NCBI GenBank assembly: GCA_011109175.1
Contig: RDEW01000007.1
Coordinates: 433,712-497,711, forward strand
Length of the DNA: 64,000 nt
Direction: 5' to 3'
Origin: Dicyema japonicum
Taxonomy: Eukaryota; Animalia; Dicyemida
Below the pieces are notes generated by a model, which saw nothing but the letters and a program-made list of their open reading frames with translations, did no database searches and was not told where the DNA came from. Below, one piece after another: positions 63,161 through 64,000 of the stretch; position 1 is the first letter of the stretch; each line of letters starts with the position of its first letter. The position numbers and the translations under genes were made by a program.

Positions 63161-64000
63161 CTTCAATACAATTAATTTATTGTTTTCCGATTATTTGCTT
63201 TAACACATTATAAAAATAATTTAAATAAAATTAAACAAATAAATATTAATTTAATATTTATTAGTCGACCAGATTCACAATAAATGTATTTTTATATATT
63301 TGATAGATAAATAAGCCGGGCAGCATAGTGGTCAGTATTGTCGCGATTAGCCTACCTAGTAGACTGGTTCCGTTTCACTTTGGCCTTTTCCAAATCCTAA
63401 ATGGGATCCACCTGTCTCTGGAGACGAGCAATACCTTATTGGTATCCGAAAATCTACCTCTTGCGCTTTACTCTGGCCGTGGGAACTGGAAATACTATAG
63501 TTGGACCAGGGTTTTGAGATCTAAAGTCGAGTGCGAGCAGTTTCAGTTCCAAAACATTTTCTCGTATCTTGCGCTTTCTAGACATTTTTCATAATGGCTG
63601 TCCAATAAAGAAACCAGACAAACCACCGCCCCACTATTAAGGAATTGAAAACCAGAGACGATTTGGACTATACAAAATCACTGGCTAACAGTTGAGACAC
63701 GTGAAGGATTTCCATAAAAGTGCAAATCATACGTTCTAGTTTTAAACAATTTCTCCGTCCCAACCGCATTTGAGACTTGGGCGTGGCAAGTCACTATAGG
63801 CCTTTTCCAAGAGATTGGAATTGCTCACTATAGGCGTCTTGGAATTGCCATCGTTAGCAGCAATGTCCACTGTCTCTCAGCAGTTGGTTCTGACTTACTT
63901 TTTTATATTAATTAAATAAATTCAATTTTAGTTTTTAACAATTTTCTTGTCTAAAGTTTAGCATGGTCACCTCCGACGATTTCATGGACAACCAAAGGCC

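Noticed and set aside
63314-63375. Another tRNA-like SINE head (gccgggcagcatagtgg...)
   Set aside because: The B box is degenerate and the shared SINE body does not follow.

Overview
AT-rich eukaryotic nuclear DNA, not prokaryotic. It contains about 10 recognisable host genes and 2-3 orphan genes as small islands in a dense patchwork of degraded transposon fragments. Recognisable genes: Bcl-2-like, RPC7/POLR3G-like, FRA10AC1, VDAC, a divergent histone H3.3-like variant, an M3 oligopeptidase-A-like pseudo-peptidase, SF3A3/Prp9, calmodulin, an SLC26 transporter and a LAMP-like protein. Almost every host gene is split by ultra-short GT-AG introns, mostly 21-27 nt, so the six-frame ORF track misses or mis-translates them; I rebuilt the gene models by hand. 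Bcl-2 and LAMP point to a metazoan, and together with the tiny introns a dicyemid mesozoan is my best guess (inference, unverified). Transposons seen: R4/Dong-like and CRE-like RLE retroelements, APE-type LINEs (Jockey/I-like, RTE-like, L1-like), a tRNA-derived SINE family, hAT (Charlie/SPIN/Buster-like), pogo/Tigger and MULE. The most unusual signals are: (1) a strand asymmetry centred on each gene island, C/A-rich on the left and G/T-rich on the right of the + strand whatever the gene orientation; (2) a covariation-supported 3' hairpin shared by diverged LINE and SINE tails; (3) strong CACGTG over-representation, often at fragment junctions; (4) apparently length-defined micro-introns, including a candidate GT-GG intron. 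All counts are manual, and all homology calls are from remembered motifs, not database searches.
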